From NCBI GenBank assembly GCA_030647485.1, contig JAUSJT010000003.1, positions 9,092 through 73,091 of the forward strand: a stretch of DNA of 64,000 bases. The letters run 5' to 3'. Shown here piece after piece: positions 8,883 to 18,092 of the stretch (its first letter is position 1; each line of letters opens with the position of its first letter). The DNA comes from a bacterium (GTDB taxonomy: Bacteria > Patescibacteriota > Minisyncoccia > Minisyncoccales > UBA10102). The position numbers and the translations under genes were made by a program. The notes beneath the pieces were generated by a model, which searched no databases, had not been told where the DNA came from, and saw only the letters and a program-made list of their open reading frames with translations.

Positions 8883-10106
8883 ATGCCCACGTACTTTTAT
8901 ACCGCAGCAACTATTCAGGGGGAGAAAGTCACGGGAAGTGAGAACGCAAAAAGCGAGCGGGACCTTGCGCGCTCTTTGCATGAAAAGGGGTATGTCCTTT
9001 TGAAGGTAGCTTCCGGAGAGCACGCAGATGCCAAGCGTACATTTGTACAAATGCTTGAGGGCCTGTTTTCCGTCCCCCTCTCAGAAAAACTGCTGTTTAT
9101 GAGAAATCTGAAGGTTATGGTGCAGGCCGGAGTGCCGCTCCCTAAAGCTCTTGAAATTCTTTCTTTGCAAACAGGATCAAAGCAATTAAAGAGTGCGATA
9201 GACGACATGCGAGAGAAGGTGATGCAGGGAGAAATGCTGTCTGTCGCTATGTCTCGGCATCCCGCAGTATTCTCTGATTTGTTCATAAATATGATCAGGG
9301 CGGGAGAGGAGTCCGGGACTATGGAGGGAGTCCTTTCTCACTTAACCCTGCAGTTAGAACGCGAGCATGATTTGAGGTCTAAGATCCAGAGCGCCTTGAT
9401 GTATCCTAGCGTTGTGGTGGTTGCGATGATCGGGGTTGGCACCATCATGTTGGTGAGCGTAGTTCCCAATCTGGCGAAAACCTTTAAGGAATTAGGAGTG
9501 GAATTGCCTCCGACTACCCGCTTTGTGATAGGTCTGGGGGAGTTTCTCTCGCATCAATGGTACATAGCTCTTCTTGTATTCTTAGCGGCTGGGTTTGCGC
9601 TGTATCGGGCCTTGAAAAGCAAGAAGGGAAAGTGGATTGTCGACGGACTCGTGCTGCGGCTTCCCCTATTTTCCTCCCTTATCCAGAAGATCAACTCCGC
9701 CTTTTTTGCTCGTACCCTTAGTTCTCTTATAGGGGCTGGTATCCCTATCGTGAAATCTCTTGAGATCACGAGCACGGTGTTGAACAACGGGCGTTTTCGA
9801 AAGGCCCTGGAGGATGCGGCAGAACAGGTGCGCAAGGGATCAAAGCTTTCCCAAAGCTTGAAGAGTTCTGGTAAGCTATATCCCTTGGTTGTACTCCAGA
9901 TGCTGGAAGTCGGAGAAGAAACAGGGAAAACAGGAGAAATCTTGGCCAAGCTTGCCGATTTCTTTGAGGAGGAGGTGAACGCCATCACCAAGAATTTCGC
10001 CTCTGTTATTGAGCCCGTGCTCATGCTGTTCATGGGGGCCATGGTTGGATTCTTTGCGGTATCCATGATCCAGCCCATGTACAGCGTGCTGGGGTCTATC
10101 AAATGA
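8883..10106 (+). CDS. pilC: Type IV pilus inner-membrane platform protein PilC/GspF (locus 1)
   Basis: Two T2SF repeats, three TM segments, 407 aa. Confidence 0.9.
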   Translation: MPTYFYTAATIQGEKVTGSENAKSERDLARSLHEKGYVLLKVASGEHADAKRTFVQMLEGLFSVPLSEKLLFMRNLKVMVQAGVPLPKALEILSLQTGSKQLKSAIDDMREKVMQGEMLSVAMSRHPAVFSDLFINMIRAGEESGTMEGVLSHLTLQLEREHDLRSKIQSALMYPSVVVVAMIGVGTIMLVSVVPNLAKTFKELGVELPPTTRFVIGLGEFLSHQWYIALLVFLAAGFALYRALKSKKGKWIVDGLVLRLPLFSSLIQKINSAFFARTLSSLIGAGIPIVKSLEITSTVLNNGRFRKALEDAAEQVRKGSKLSQSLKSSGKLYPLVVLQMLEVGEETGKTGEILAKLADFFEEEVNAITKNFASVIEPVLMLFMGAMVGFFAVSMIQPMYSVLGSIK

Positions 10107-10145
10107 AAGAGCTATGCTAAGTCAGGTGACCGAGGTACACGGCAC

Positions 10146-10174
10146 TTGACAGAGCTTGTTGGTATGTATATACT
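10146..10174 (+). promoter_or_regulatory. Consensus sigma70 promoter (TTGACA-17-TATACT) upstream of the antitoxin gene
   Basis: cTTGACAgagcttgttggtatgtaTATACT. Confidence 0.6.
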
Positions 10175-10204
10175 AAATGTATATACGTTAATCCGCCCTG
10201 CTTC

Positions 10205-10462
10205 ATGACCACAAAAATACAAAAATGGGGGAATAGTTTGGCAGTACGCCTGCCAAAGAAACTCATAACCCGTCTTGGATTGAGAGCGGGAAGTGAAGTT
10301 ATGGTAGACGAGCGCGAGCAGACCGTGCTGATAAAACAGGTGGTTTTGCCAGTAAAGACAATGGGGAAAAGAGGATGGAAGCAGTTTTGCATACCAACGA
10401 ACAACAAAAAAGAGAATATAAGTGGGAAGATAGATGAGATTCTCTATGGCAAGTCTTATTGA
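10205..10462 (+). CDS. AbrB/MazE/SpoVT-family antitoxin
   Basis: KWGNSLAVRLPKKL swapped-hairpin motif. Confidence 0.8.
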   Translation: MTTKIQKWGNSLAVRLPKKLITRLGLRAGSEVMVDEREQTVLIKQVVLPVKTMGKRGWKQFCIPTNNKKENISGKIDEILYGKSY

Positions 10463-10820
10463 TAGTTCAGTATGGGTGGCCCTGTTCCTTGATTTTGATA
10501 CTCAGCATACAAAAGCGGAGCGTCTTTTTTCAAAACTCAAGGGGAAAATCTATCTTCCGTACTGTGTGCTTAATGAAGTAGCAACGGTTCTTGCGTACAA
10601 ACACTCAAAAAAACAAGCCAACCAGTTTTTGAGTTTTATCGAGGAAAACCACGATATTAACCTTCTGGAAGACAGCTCCACCGAAGAGGTATCATTTTAC
10701 AAGTCGCAAAGCGCAAGAATCTCTTTTAGCGATGCCGCGCTTCTCTTGTTCGCGAGAAAATTAAGTGTACGTTTTATTACGTTTGATAAACAACTTGAGC
10801 GTCTCGCACGAGAGATTTGA
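10434..10820 (+). CDS. PIN-domain toxin (VapC-like)
   Basis: LIDSSVWVALF...D at the N-terminus and FSDAALLLFARKL...FITFD at the C-terminus. Overlaps the antitoxin. Confidence 0.75.
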   Translation: MRFSMASLIDSSVWVALFLDFDTQHTKAERLFSKLKGKIYLPYCVLNEVATVLAYKHSKKQANQFLSFIEENHDINLLEDSSTEEVSFYKSQSARISFSDAALLLFARKLSVRFITFDKQLERLAREI

Positions 10821-11684
10821 ATGAAAGGGTTCACTCTTACAGAACTTATAGTCGTCATAGCGCTTGCAGTGCTTTTAGGAGGATTGGCACTGCCCGCGCT
10901 CCGCATTGCGCAGAAAAATTCAGAGCTTCAAGCCACTGTTGAATCGTTGGTTAGCGTACTGCGTCTTGCGCAAAACAGAACATTGGGATCCGAAGGGGCA
11001 TCGCAGTACGGAGTGTTCTTTGATACTGCAGCTTCTCCTGACCAGTATATTTTGTTTAAGGGAGCTACATATGCGACCAGGAATGTTGCGGCAGATGAGC
11101 CGCATGTCCTTCCCCAAAGCGTGGAAATGTCCACAGTCACCATACCGGGAAGCGCCGTCGTATTCGCACGTGTGACGGGAGCTGTCTTGAATGCAGGTGG
11201 AGTAACCCTTAGGCTTGTTGCGGATCCCGCGAAGGAAGAGTCAGTGTACGTGTCTACTTCAGGGAGTATTCAAAAGACAAGCGCATTCGTGGCTTCAGAC
11301 CAGAACCGCCAGAAAGATTCTAGGCACGTTCATGCAGACTATGCGGGGAGAACCATTGCTACCGAGACAGAGAGCGTGCGCCTCGTTTTCCTCTCCACGA
11401 CGTATGACATTCCTATCGCAAGCAATATGAAAGACGGGCAGATATTTTGGGAAGGAGATATTCTCGTGGACGGCGCGACCCAGACATTGCAAGTTCAAAC
11501 CCATCGTCTGAATGATCCTGCGCTAGGCACCCAATTCTCTATTGTTCGAGACAAGAGCAAAAATACAAAGGCGTTGAATATTGAGATAAGCGGAGATGGT
11601 ACTGGAGATATCGTGCGATATGATGTTCAAGGTCAAACAACCAAAGGGAGTTCTCTCTATGTTTCTCTCCCCCTCTGGCAGTAA
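10821..11684 (+). CDS. Prepilin-type minor pilin/pseudopilin (GspH/FimT-like)
   Basis: N-terminal KGFTLTELIVVIAL prepilin peptidase site. Confidence 0.75.
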   Translation: MKGFTLTELIVVIALAVLLGGLALPALRIAQKNSELQATVESLVSVLRLAQNRTLGSEGASQYGVFFDTAASPDQYILFKGATYATRNVAADEPHVLPQSVEMSTVTIPGSAVVFARVTGAVLNAGGVTLRLVADPAKEESVYVSTSGSIQKTSAFVASDQNRQKDSRHVHADYAGRTIATETESVRLVFLSTTYDIPIASNMKDGQIFWEGDILVDGATQTLQVQTHRLNDPALGTQFSIVRDKSKNTKALNIEISGDGTGDIVRYDVQGQTTKGSSLYVSLPLWQ

Positions 11685-12180
11685 CAAAGGAATCTCTATT
11701 ATAGAGCTTCTTGTGGGAGCGGGGATTTTAACGTTGAGTTTAAGCGCATTGCTTGGATTTTTGGCGTTTACCCTTACAACCTCTTCTTTTCTTAAGCAGC
11801 AGGCAGAAGCTACGGCATTGGCAGAGGAAGCGCTAGAGGCGGTTCGCAGTTTTAGAGATGGGACAAGTTGGAACGTTGACGACCCGCAGAATCAGTATGA
11901 CGGACTGGGGCAGGTGCAAACAGGAGTCCCCTATCACTTGGGATTGTCTCTTGATGTTCCTCCTAGATGGCAGCTACTCCGTGAGGCAGAGACCATAGGC
12001 ATTTTTGCAAGAACCATAGTGTTTGAGAATGTGCAGCGGGACGTAAATAGCAATATCGTGGCAAGCGGCGGGGTACAAGACCCCGACACGAGAAAGGTGA
12101 CAGTGACGGTATCATGGACAGCTAGAACAAAGGCGCATGAAGTTGTTGTCGTCAGCTACCTTACTAACTGGAAACAATGA
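11659..12180 (+). CDS. Prepilin-type minor pilin (PilV/GspI-like); ORF extends to 11596
   Basis: GISIIELLVGAGIL N-terminus; later start chosen to keep the prepilin leader short. Confidence 0.65.
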   Translation: MFLSPSGSNKGISIIELLVGAGILTLSLSALLGFLAFTLTTSSFLKQQAEATALAEEALEAVRSFRDGTSWNVDDPQNQYDGLGQVQTGVPYHLGLSLDVPPRWQLLREAETIGIFARTIVFENVQRDVNSNIVASGGVQDPDTRKVTVTVSWTARTKAHEVVVVSYLTNWKQ

Positions 12181-12686
12181 AAAAAGGATTCACTGTCATT
12201 GAGATTATAGCGTACGTGGCGGTACTGGGGATTATTGGAACCTCGTTCTCCGCGGTGTTGCTGTGGAGTATGAAAACGTACACAAAATCCCAGATTATGC
12301 AGGAAACCGCATGGAACGCGCAGCGGGCGATGGACATCATGGTGCAAGAAATACGGGAATCAAAACGCGTCTATACTCCCACAGCTTTAACCTCCCAGCT
12401 TTCTCTCGCAACTGCAAAGTACGCGCCCACAGGGCACATGGAGTCATTCATTGATTTCTTTGTATGCCAAGAGAAGCTCTGCCTGAAAAAAGAATCGCAG
12501 GATCCTGTGGCGTTGACTCTTGATAACGTACGCGTGACCTCGCTTTCTTTCTTGCGGGTTCAGAGTTCTCCTGCTACTGAATCGGTACGCATAACCCTGC
12601 AGGTTGAATATAAAAATCCGAATAACAGGCCAGAACTTATTTCATCCGTGGAGTTGAGCTCTGCCGCATCGGTGAGGAAACCATGA
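12177..12686 (+). CDS. Prepilin-type minor pilin (PilW/GspJ-like)
   Basis: MKKGFTVIEIIAYVAVL leader. Confidence 0.75.
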   Translation: MKKGFTVIEIIAYVAVLGIIGTSFSAVLLWSMKTYTKSQIMQETAWNAQRAMDIMVQEIRESKRVYTPTALTSQLSLATAKYAPTGHMESFIDFFVCQEKLCLKKESQDPVALTLDNVRVTSLSFLRVQSSPATESVRITLQVEYKNPNNRPELISSVELSSAASVRKP

Positions 12687-14074
12687 ACCCCGTTAGAAAT
12701 TTACAAAGGTATATACATGCGAAGCGCGAGTGGCGAATAGCCACATCTTTTCATGGGCGCAGCGCTTCGCCAATGACAGTATGCACCTATTCGGTGCGCG
12801 CACTGCGCTCTGTAATACACGGTAAATTTCTAAACGGGGTGAACCGCAACACTCAAAAAGGTTTTGCAACATTGTATTTCGTGCTTCTCGCGCTTTTTCT
12901 TGTTGTTTCTATAGCAGGAAGTTCGTTTCTCCTTGTATCCTGGCAGCAGCGCGTTGGGAGGAATACCCAGAATTCTGTCCAGGCGTATTGGGCAGCAGAG
13001 GCAGGGATAGAGGACGCACTCTTGCGTCTGAAAAAGGGAATGTCCTGGGTAAATCCCATTTCCTTTGCTGCGGGAGAAGGAGTGACAACCACTACCATTA
13101 TGGAAACTGCGCCTGGAACAAATCTTGTGGTAGCGCAAGGAGACGACTCATCCCGTGTTCGAAAGATCCAGGCGCTCCTTGAACTCTCTGGCATCACCCC
13201 CGTCTTTTTCTATGGCGCCCATATAGGAAGCGGAGGTCTGCAAATGGATAATCTGAGCAAGGTGATAGGAAACGTGTTTTCCAACGGGAATATTGCGGTT
13301 ACGTCAGGGCAGGCGGAGATTACCGAAACAGCTACGGTTGCGGGACTTGGAGGAAGCATATCGAGAGTAATTTCAAAGCATGCGTTCGCGGACATGTGTA
13401 CGGGTTCTAATATTGCGCAGGAGCTTCACGCAAATAACAAGGGAAACTGCACCTACGGCTCTTATATCCCTCTTGGAACTCCTCCAGCTCCCGTTCCTCT
13501 TCCCATCAGCGACGAGGGAATACAGCAATGGAAGGATGCCGCGCAGGCCGGAGGCGTGCACCCAGGGAATTATGAGCTTAGCGGAAGCAGCATTGCAACG
13601 CTTGGCCCCAAGAAAATTACAGGGAATCTCGAAGTTGAAGACAGCGCCATACTCACCCTCACGGGAACCTTGTGGGTTGCAGGAAACGTGGTAGTGCAGA
13701 ACAGCGCGCGGGTAAAACTTGCCAGCTCTTATGGGGCAACCAGTGGAGTCATTGTGGTAGACGGCACGATTACCCTGGGGAACAGCAGCATTTCTGAAGG
13801 GTCGGGCAACCCAGACAGTTATCTTATCTATCTTTCAACAAACTCTTCAAACCCTGCGCTCATCATTAAAAACAACGCCATAGCAGACATCCTGTATACT
13901 TCCCAAGGATGGATAGTAGTGGAAAATAACGCTCAGCTTGTTGAAGCAACAGGATATGGCATCCATTTAAAGAATAACGCCGTTATCCAGTATGAGACCG
14001 GCCTTCAGGATGCCAGATTTACTTCAGGTCCTGGAGCTTCGTGGGAGCTTTCTTCGTGGCAAGAAATTGAATAG
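12683..14074 (+). CDS. PilX-like minor pilin with beta-helix-like C-terminal region; start uncertain (possible GTG at 12839)
   Basis: QKGFATLYFVLLALFLV PilX-type N-terminus. Ser/Thr/Asn/Gly-rich repetitive C-terminal half. Confidence 0.6.
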   Translation: MNPVRNLQRYIHAKREWRIATSFHGRSASPMTVCTYSVRALRSVIHGKFLNGVNRNTQKGFATLYFVLLALFLVVSIAGSSFLLVSWQQRVGRNTQNSVQAYWAAEAGIEDALLRLKKGMSWVNPISFAAGEGVTTTTIMETAPGTNLVVAQGDDSSRVRKIQALLELSGITPVFFYGAHIGSGGLQMDNLSKVIGNVFSNGNIAVTSGQAEITETATVAGLGGSISRVISKHAFADMCTGSNIAQELHANNKGNCTYGSYIPLGTPPAPVPLPISDEGIQQWKDAAQAGGVHPGNYELSGSSIATLGPKKITGNLEVEDSAILTLTGTLWVAGNVVVQNSARVKLASSYGATSGVIVVDGTITLGNSSISEGSGNPDSYLIYLSTNSSNPALIIKNNAIADILYTSQGWIVVENNAQLVEATGYGIHLKNNAVIQYETGLQDARFTSGPGASWELSSWQEIE

Positions 14075-14093
14075 GGGGGTATAATGAAGCATT

Positions 14094-15215
14094 ATGCTTG
14101 AGTTTCTCAATATACATCCTTTGGCATTTGGGCTTGATATTTCAGACTTGTCTGTCAAAGTGGCTCAGCTCAAAAGGGGCAAGGGAGGATTTTTCTTGTC
14201 TTCGTTCGGAGAATTCCAAATTCCTGTGGGTGTTATAGAGCATGGGCAGATTAAAAAGGAAAAAGAATTAACAGAAATTCTAAAAGGGGTCAGAACCCAA
14301 GTTCAAGGGGAGAAGATCAAAACCCCATACGTGATTGCTTCCTTGCCGGAAGAGCAGGCATTCTTGCAGATTATTCAGCTTCCACGCATGAGTAAAGAAG
14401 ATCTTGAGAGCGCGGTGCGCTTTGAAGCGGAGAATTACGTCCCCTATTCCTTAGATACCATGGAGATAGATTTTGAACAGGTTGTCCCTGTTGTTGATCA
14501 TTTAAATCATGCTGACGTTCTTCTCGCCGCGCTTCCAAAAGCAACAGTAAGCTCGTATGTTGCCGTGCTGAAAGAGGCAGACTTTATTCCCCTTGCCTTG
14601 GAGATTGAATCTTCAGCGGTAACGAGGGCATTGATTCAGCAAGAGACGGCCCCGGTTCCCATCCTTGTAGTGGATTTGGGAGCGACGAGAACGAGTTTTA
14701 TCGTGTTTGCGGGGTATAGCTTGCGCTTCACGGCCTCTATTGCTGTTTCTTCCTCTCGATTCACGCAGTCCATTGCCGAGTTTTTGCATATAGGGTTCCA
14801 AGAGGCGGAATCCTTGAAAATCCAGTATGGGCTGGAAGATCAAACCTCCGCTTCCGGCAAGAAAGTGTTTGAAGCGCTTGTCCCTCCTCTCACTGATTTG
14901 ATTGAGCAGATTAAAAAGCACATTAATTACTATGAATCTCATGCTGGGCATGAGCATCTACAGCGCCCGATTTCAACCATACAAAAAATTATTCTGTGTG
15001 GAGGGGGAGCGAACCTGAAAGGCATTGCCCAGTTTCTTGTGGGAGAATTGCAAAAAGAGGTCAGCATTGGAAACCCGTGGGTGAATATCCTGCCCACTTC
15101 CCTCAAGGAACTTCCTCCCCTGTCTTTTGCAGAATCATTGAGGTACACCACTGCGTTTGGACTAGCCCTCAGGGCTGCACAATTATATGATCAATCTCCT
15201 TCCCCAAAAGGCTAA
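14094..15215 (+). CDS. pilM: Type IV pilus assembly protein PilM (actin-like ATPase fold)
   Basis: 373-aa PilM-like N-terminus; first gene of a pilMNO operon. Confidence 0.85.
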   Translation: MLEFLNIHPLAFGLDISDLSVKVAQLKRGKGGFFLSSFGEFQIPVGVIEHGQIKKEKELTEILKGVRTQVQGEKIKTPYVIASLPEEQAFLQIIQLPRMSKEDLESAVRFEAENYVPYSLDTMEIDFEQVVPVVDHLNHADVLLAALPKATVSSYVAVLKEADFIPLALEIESSAVTRALIQQETAPVPILVVDLGATRTSFIVFAGYSLRFTASIAVSSSRFTQSIAEFLHIGFQEAESLKIQYGLEDQTSASGKKVFEALVPPLTDLIEQIKKHINYYESHAGHEHLQRPISTIQKIILCGGGANLKGIAQFLVGELQKEVSIGNPWVNILPTSLKELPPLSFAESLRYTTAFGLALRAAQLYDQSPSPKG

Positions 15216-15750
15216 ACAAGAACTGCAGCAGGAAGAGAGATTCCGTCTCCTCTTAATTCTTCTGTTCATGTTCACGGTCGCTCTCGTGTGTTTTGCGTTG
15301 ATGCTTGGAGTTATCAAAGCGTATGTTATGGGGTCTCTCTTTGCGCAAGAATCCAAGATCGCGCTTCTTCAAGAGCGCTTTTCCAAGGATAATCCCGTGC
15401 TGACCGAAATCCAGGCGTTTAATGAAACAACCGCCCAGATTTCCCGCTCTATAAAGAGCAGTCGCTCAATTTCTTTGGTTCTAGAGTCGTTAGAGGATAT
15501 GCTTCCTGCCGGCATTCACCTCACTGCTTTTGATTATGATCCTCCTGGGGTTCAGGTGAAGGGTGGAGAAACGCAGCAGGTGCAGGCCCGGATTTCTGTG
15601 GCAGGGTTCGCGAAAACACGGGAGATTCTGTTTGCGTTTAGAGAGGGTCTTGAAAAGCACTCTCTCTTTTCCGAGCTTTCTTTCCCGGCTTCCAACTGGG
15701 TTCTGCCCCAGGATATCCGTTTTTCTTTTCAAATAAGCATTGCCCAATGA
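15187..15750 (+). CDS. pilN: PilN
   Basis: MINLLPQKAK...single TM; operon position. Confidence 0.75.
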   Translation: MINLLPQKAKQELQQEERFRLLLILLFMFTVALVCFALMLGVIKAYVMGSLFAQESKIALLQERFSKDNPVLTEIQAFNETTAQISRSIKSSRSISLVLESLEDMLPAGIHLTAFDYDPPGVQVKGGETQQVQARISVAGFAKTREILFAFREGLEKHSLFSELSFPASNWVLPQDIRFSFQISIAQ

Positions 15751-16268
15751 CATCGCATCAAAAAACAATTGCCGTACTAGCGGCTTCTGCAACCATTCTG
15801 TTGGTATTCGTTGCATTTATCCTCTTTCCTCTTATCCGAAGCATACAAGCCGACTCTGTAAGGGTGTTTGCCGCGCGGCAGGAATTAAACCAAATCAGCT
15901 TGTATGAGGAACAGATCCAGAAATTTGAGGATTTATCAAAAACGAGAGAGGGAGATGTAACTTTATTCCGTAATCTTTTCGTAGACCGCCATACGCCGAT
16001 TGCATTCATTGAGTTCTTGGAGAAGTACTCTCAGGATTCCCAGATTTCCCTGAAGATTACACCAGTCGAGTCTCTAAAAAAGGAGGAAGACATGTGGGAC
16101 TCCATAGATTTTGAACTTACTGGTAAAGGAACGTTTCCCCATGCATTGTCTTTTATAAAACAGTTGGAATATTCTCCGTATCTTCTTGAATTCAAAAACG
16201 TTATACTACAACGGTTGGCAACCGGCGAAGTCGACTTCTCATTTCTTATAAAGGTGTACACGAAATGA
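15747..16268 (+). CDS. pilO: PilO
   Basis: Single TM plus coiled coil; operon position. Confidence 0.65.
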   Translation: MTSHQKTIAVLAASATILLVFVAFILFPLIRSIQADSVRVFAARQELNQISLYEEQIQKFEDLSKTREGDVTLFRNLFVDRHTPIAFIEFLEKYSQDSQISLKITPVESLKKEEDMWDSIDFELTGKGTFPHALSFIKQLEYSPYLLEFKNVILQRLATGEVDFSFLIKVYTK

Positions 16269-16311
16269 CCCATTCGATTTCACTCAGGGTCATGGTGAAT
16301 AACATTGAACC

Positions 16312-16605
16312 ATGAAAAGAATCTCTTGGGGTACCATACAAAAAAGAGTCATGCGTCTTCCCTTGCTTGCCGCAGAGCATGCGTTCCCATTCACGTTGCT
16401 GTTGATGGGTATTGCCGGCATATTCTCTTTGATTATCTTTTTGTATGGGTTTTCCGTACAGACAAAACATGTGGAGCAGGGGGTATCCCTGTATGATGTT
16501 AAAGAGGAGCTCTTTTCGGATATGCTCGGATTATTAAAGGAACGCGAGCGCAATCTTGAGAGTGTAGACCAAAATACGTTTATAGATATTTTCAATCCAG
16601 ATTGA
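16312..16605 (+). CDS. Small membrane protein, hypothetical
   Basis: 97-aa ORF with one TM segment. Confidence 0.4.
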   Translation: MKRISWGTIQKRVMRLPLLAAEHAFPFTLLLMGIAGIFSLIIFLYGFSVQTKHVEQGVSLYDVKEELFSDMLGLLKERERNLESVDQNTFIDIFNPD

Positions 16606-16786
16606 AGAAAACGCACTTTTATGCTACAACACGCAGGTAGTTAGTTTAATCAGTTTACAATGATATCTGCTTTGAGAAAACGATGTGCGTTCCGCAGTTT
16701 TCTAAAGCAGACCCTGGGTTTGCAGTATTCGCCCCTCGGGGACTCGGGGCGCGCAAACCCGCAAAAAGCAAAGCAGTTTGCTTTTT

Positions 16787-16858
16787 GCCCCTGTAGCTTA
16801 ATGGATAAAGTAGCGCTCTTCTAAGGCGTTGATGTGGGTTCGATTCCTACCAGGGGCA
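16787..16858 (+). tRNA. tRNA-Arg(TCT)
   Basis: Acceptor GCCCCTG/CAGGGGC, anticodon loop CTTCTAA. Confidence 0.85.
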
Positions 16859-16878
16859 CAAGGTATGAACGTATGGAT

Positions 16879-16953
16879 GGAGGCTATGGTGTAATGGCAG
16901 CACAACACCCTGTGGAGGTGTCAGTACGGGTTCAAATCCCGTTAGTCTCCCCA
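16879..16953 (+). tRNA. tRNA-His(GTG) with encoded G-1 and CCA
   Basis: G-1:C73, anticodon loop CTGTGGA, 3' CCCA. Confidence 0.85.
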
Positions 16954-16959
16954 ATAAAT

Positions 16960-17466
16960 ATGGAACAAGAATTTATCACAATCGCAGAGGCAGTGCGCTT
17001 AACCGGACAGAGCGATGTTGATTTGATGCGCCTCTTGAAAGATCGCATGGAATCTAGTGGCCTTAGTATAGAAAGCATCACAAGAAAAGAGCAGAGGGGA
17101 AGCCGCATGATGTATTTAATAAGCAGGGAATTTCTATTGAGGGAGCTTGATATAGCGCAAAACCTTAAAGTGGATATTCCCCAAGAAGTCGTGAAAGAGC
17201 CAGAGCAAGAACAGCAAGTCCCTTCCACTGTTTTGCTTGCAGCAAAAGACGAGATGATTGGAACGTTGCAAAAGATTGTTGAAACGAAAGACAGGCAAAT
17301 GGATGACCTTTCAAAGAAAATAGATGAGCTTATAGAACGGGACCGCGAGACTAACTTTCTTTTACGGGGGCTTCAAGAGAAGATCTTTGCCCTAGAGGAG
17401 CCCAAAAGAGACATGCCTTCTGCAGAGAAGGATGAGGCAGTAAAAACAGAAAAGAGTAAAAAATAA
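16960..17466 (+). CDS. HTH (excisionase/MerR-like) DNA-binding protein with coiled-coil tail; ORF extends to 16834 over the tRNA
   Basis: ITIAEAVRLTGQS helix-turn-helix; charged coiled-coil C-terminus. Confidence 0.5.
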   Translation: MEQEFITIAEAVRLTGQSDVDLMRLLKDRMESSGLSIESITRKEQRGSRMMYLISREFLLRELDIAQNLKVDIPQEVVKEPEQEQQVPSTVLLAAKDEMIGTLQKIVETKDRQMDDLSKKIDELIERDRETNFLLRGLQEKIFALEEPKRDMPSAEKDEAVKTEKSKK

Positions 17467-17468
17467 AA

Positions 17469-17497
17469 ACCCCGGCTGTAGCCGGAGGTTTTTATTC
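17469..17497 (+). terminator. Rho-independent terminator
   Basis: ccggctgtagccgg hairpin followed by aggtttttatt. Confidence 0.65.
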
Positions 17498-17507
17498 TCT
17501 GCCTCCT

Positions 17508-17750
17508 CTACTTTTCTTCTTCTATTCCGAAATCATCGTCGAGGTCTTTGTCATCATCAGATTCTTTGGTTTCGTCTCCCTCGAGCTCGTCATCTTCAAG
17601 AGGATCTGACTCTTCTTCTCCTAGCTCCCTTCCCTCGTCTTCTTGAAAAGAAGGGAATAAAATCTCGTCTTCAAGTGCCATAGCCATTCTTTCGCATAAA
17701 AAGATCCAATAAGGACCGACCTTTTTAAGTACAAAACCTATTATAGACAC
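17508..17750 (-). CDS. Small highly acidic protein (possible start at 17687, MAMALEDE)
   Basis: C-terminus rich in D and E (EEESDPLEDDELEGDETKESDDDKDLDDDFG). Confidence 0.45.
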   Translation of the reverse strand: MSIIGFVLKKVGPYWIFLCERMAMALEDEILFPSFQEDEGRELGEEESDPLEDDELEGDETKESDDDKDLDDDFGIEEEK

Positions 17751-17994
17751 AAAGATTATCTTGTCAACCCCTTCTGGGGAAGTTCTCCACAGGCCTGCCT
17801 CGCCGAAGCTTTAGCGAAGGCGGGAGTTGAAGTGGGGGTGTTTTTGTGATATTCTTGAACGGTAGTTCTTTCTAGCTTTTTAGTGTATTCGCCTTTGGCG
17901 AACCCGGGCCGAGCCCTTGTATGTCGTTCCGTCTCATCGGCGGAACATGACAATTAAGGTTGCTCGGCCGACAAAAACCAAGCAGTTGGTTTTT

Positions 17995-18066
17995 GTCCCC
18001 GTAGCTTAACGGATAAAGCAATTTTCTCCTAAGAAATTGATAGGGGTTCGATTCCTCTCGGGGACA
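17995..18066 (+). tRNA. tRNA-Arg(CCT)
   Basis: Acceptor GTCCCCG/CGGGGAC, anticodon loop CTCCTAA. Near-identical D and T arms to tRNA-Arg(TCT). Confidence 0.85.
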
Positions 18067-18092
18067 CATGTTCAGTTGTACATTGAAATGAT

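Noticed and set aside
16834-16959. 5' extensions of ORFs over tRNA genes (16834-16959 and 49160-49270)
   Set aside because: They run across tRNA-His and tRNA-Glu. The starts were trimmed to the first ATG downstream of the tRNA with a plausible SD.
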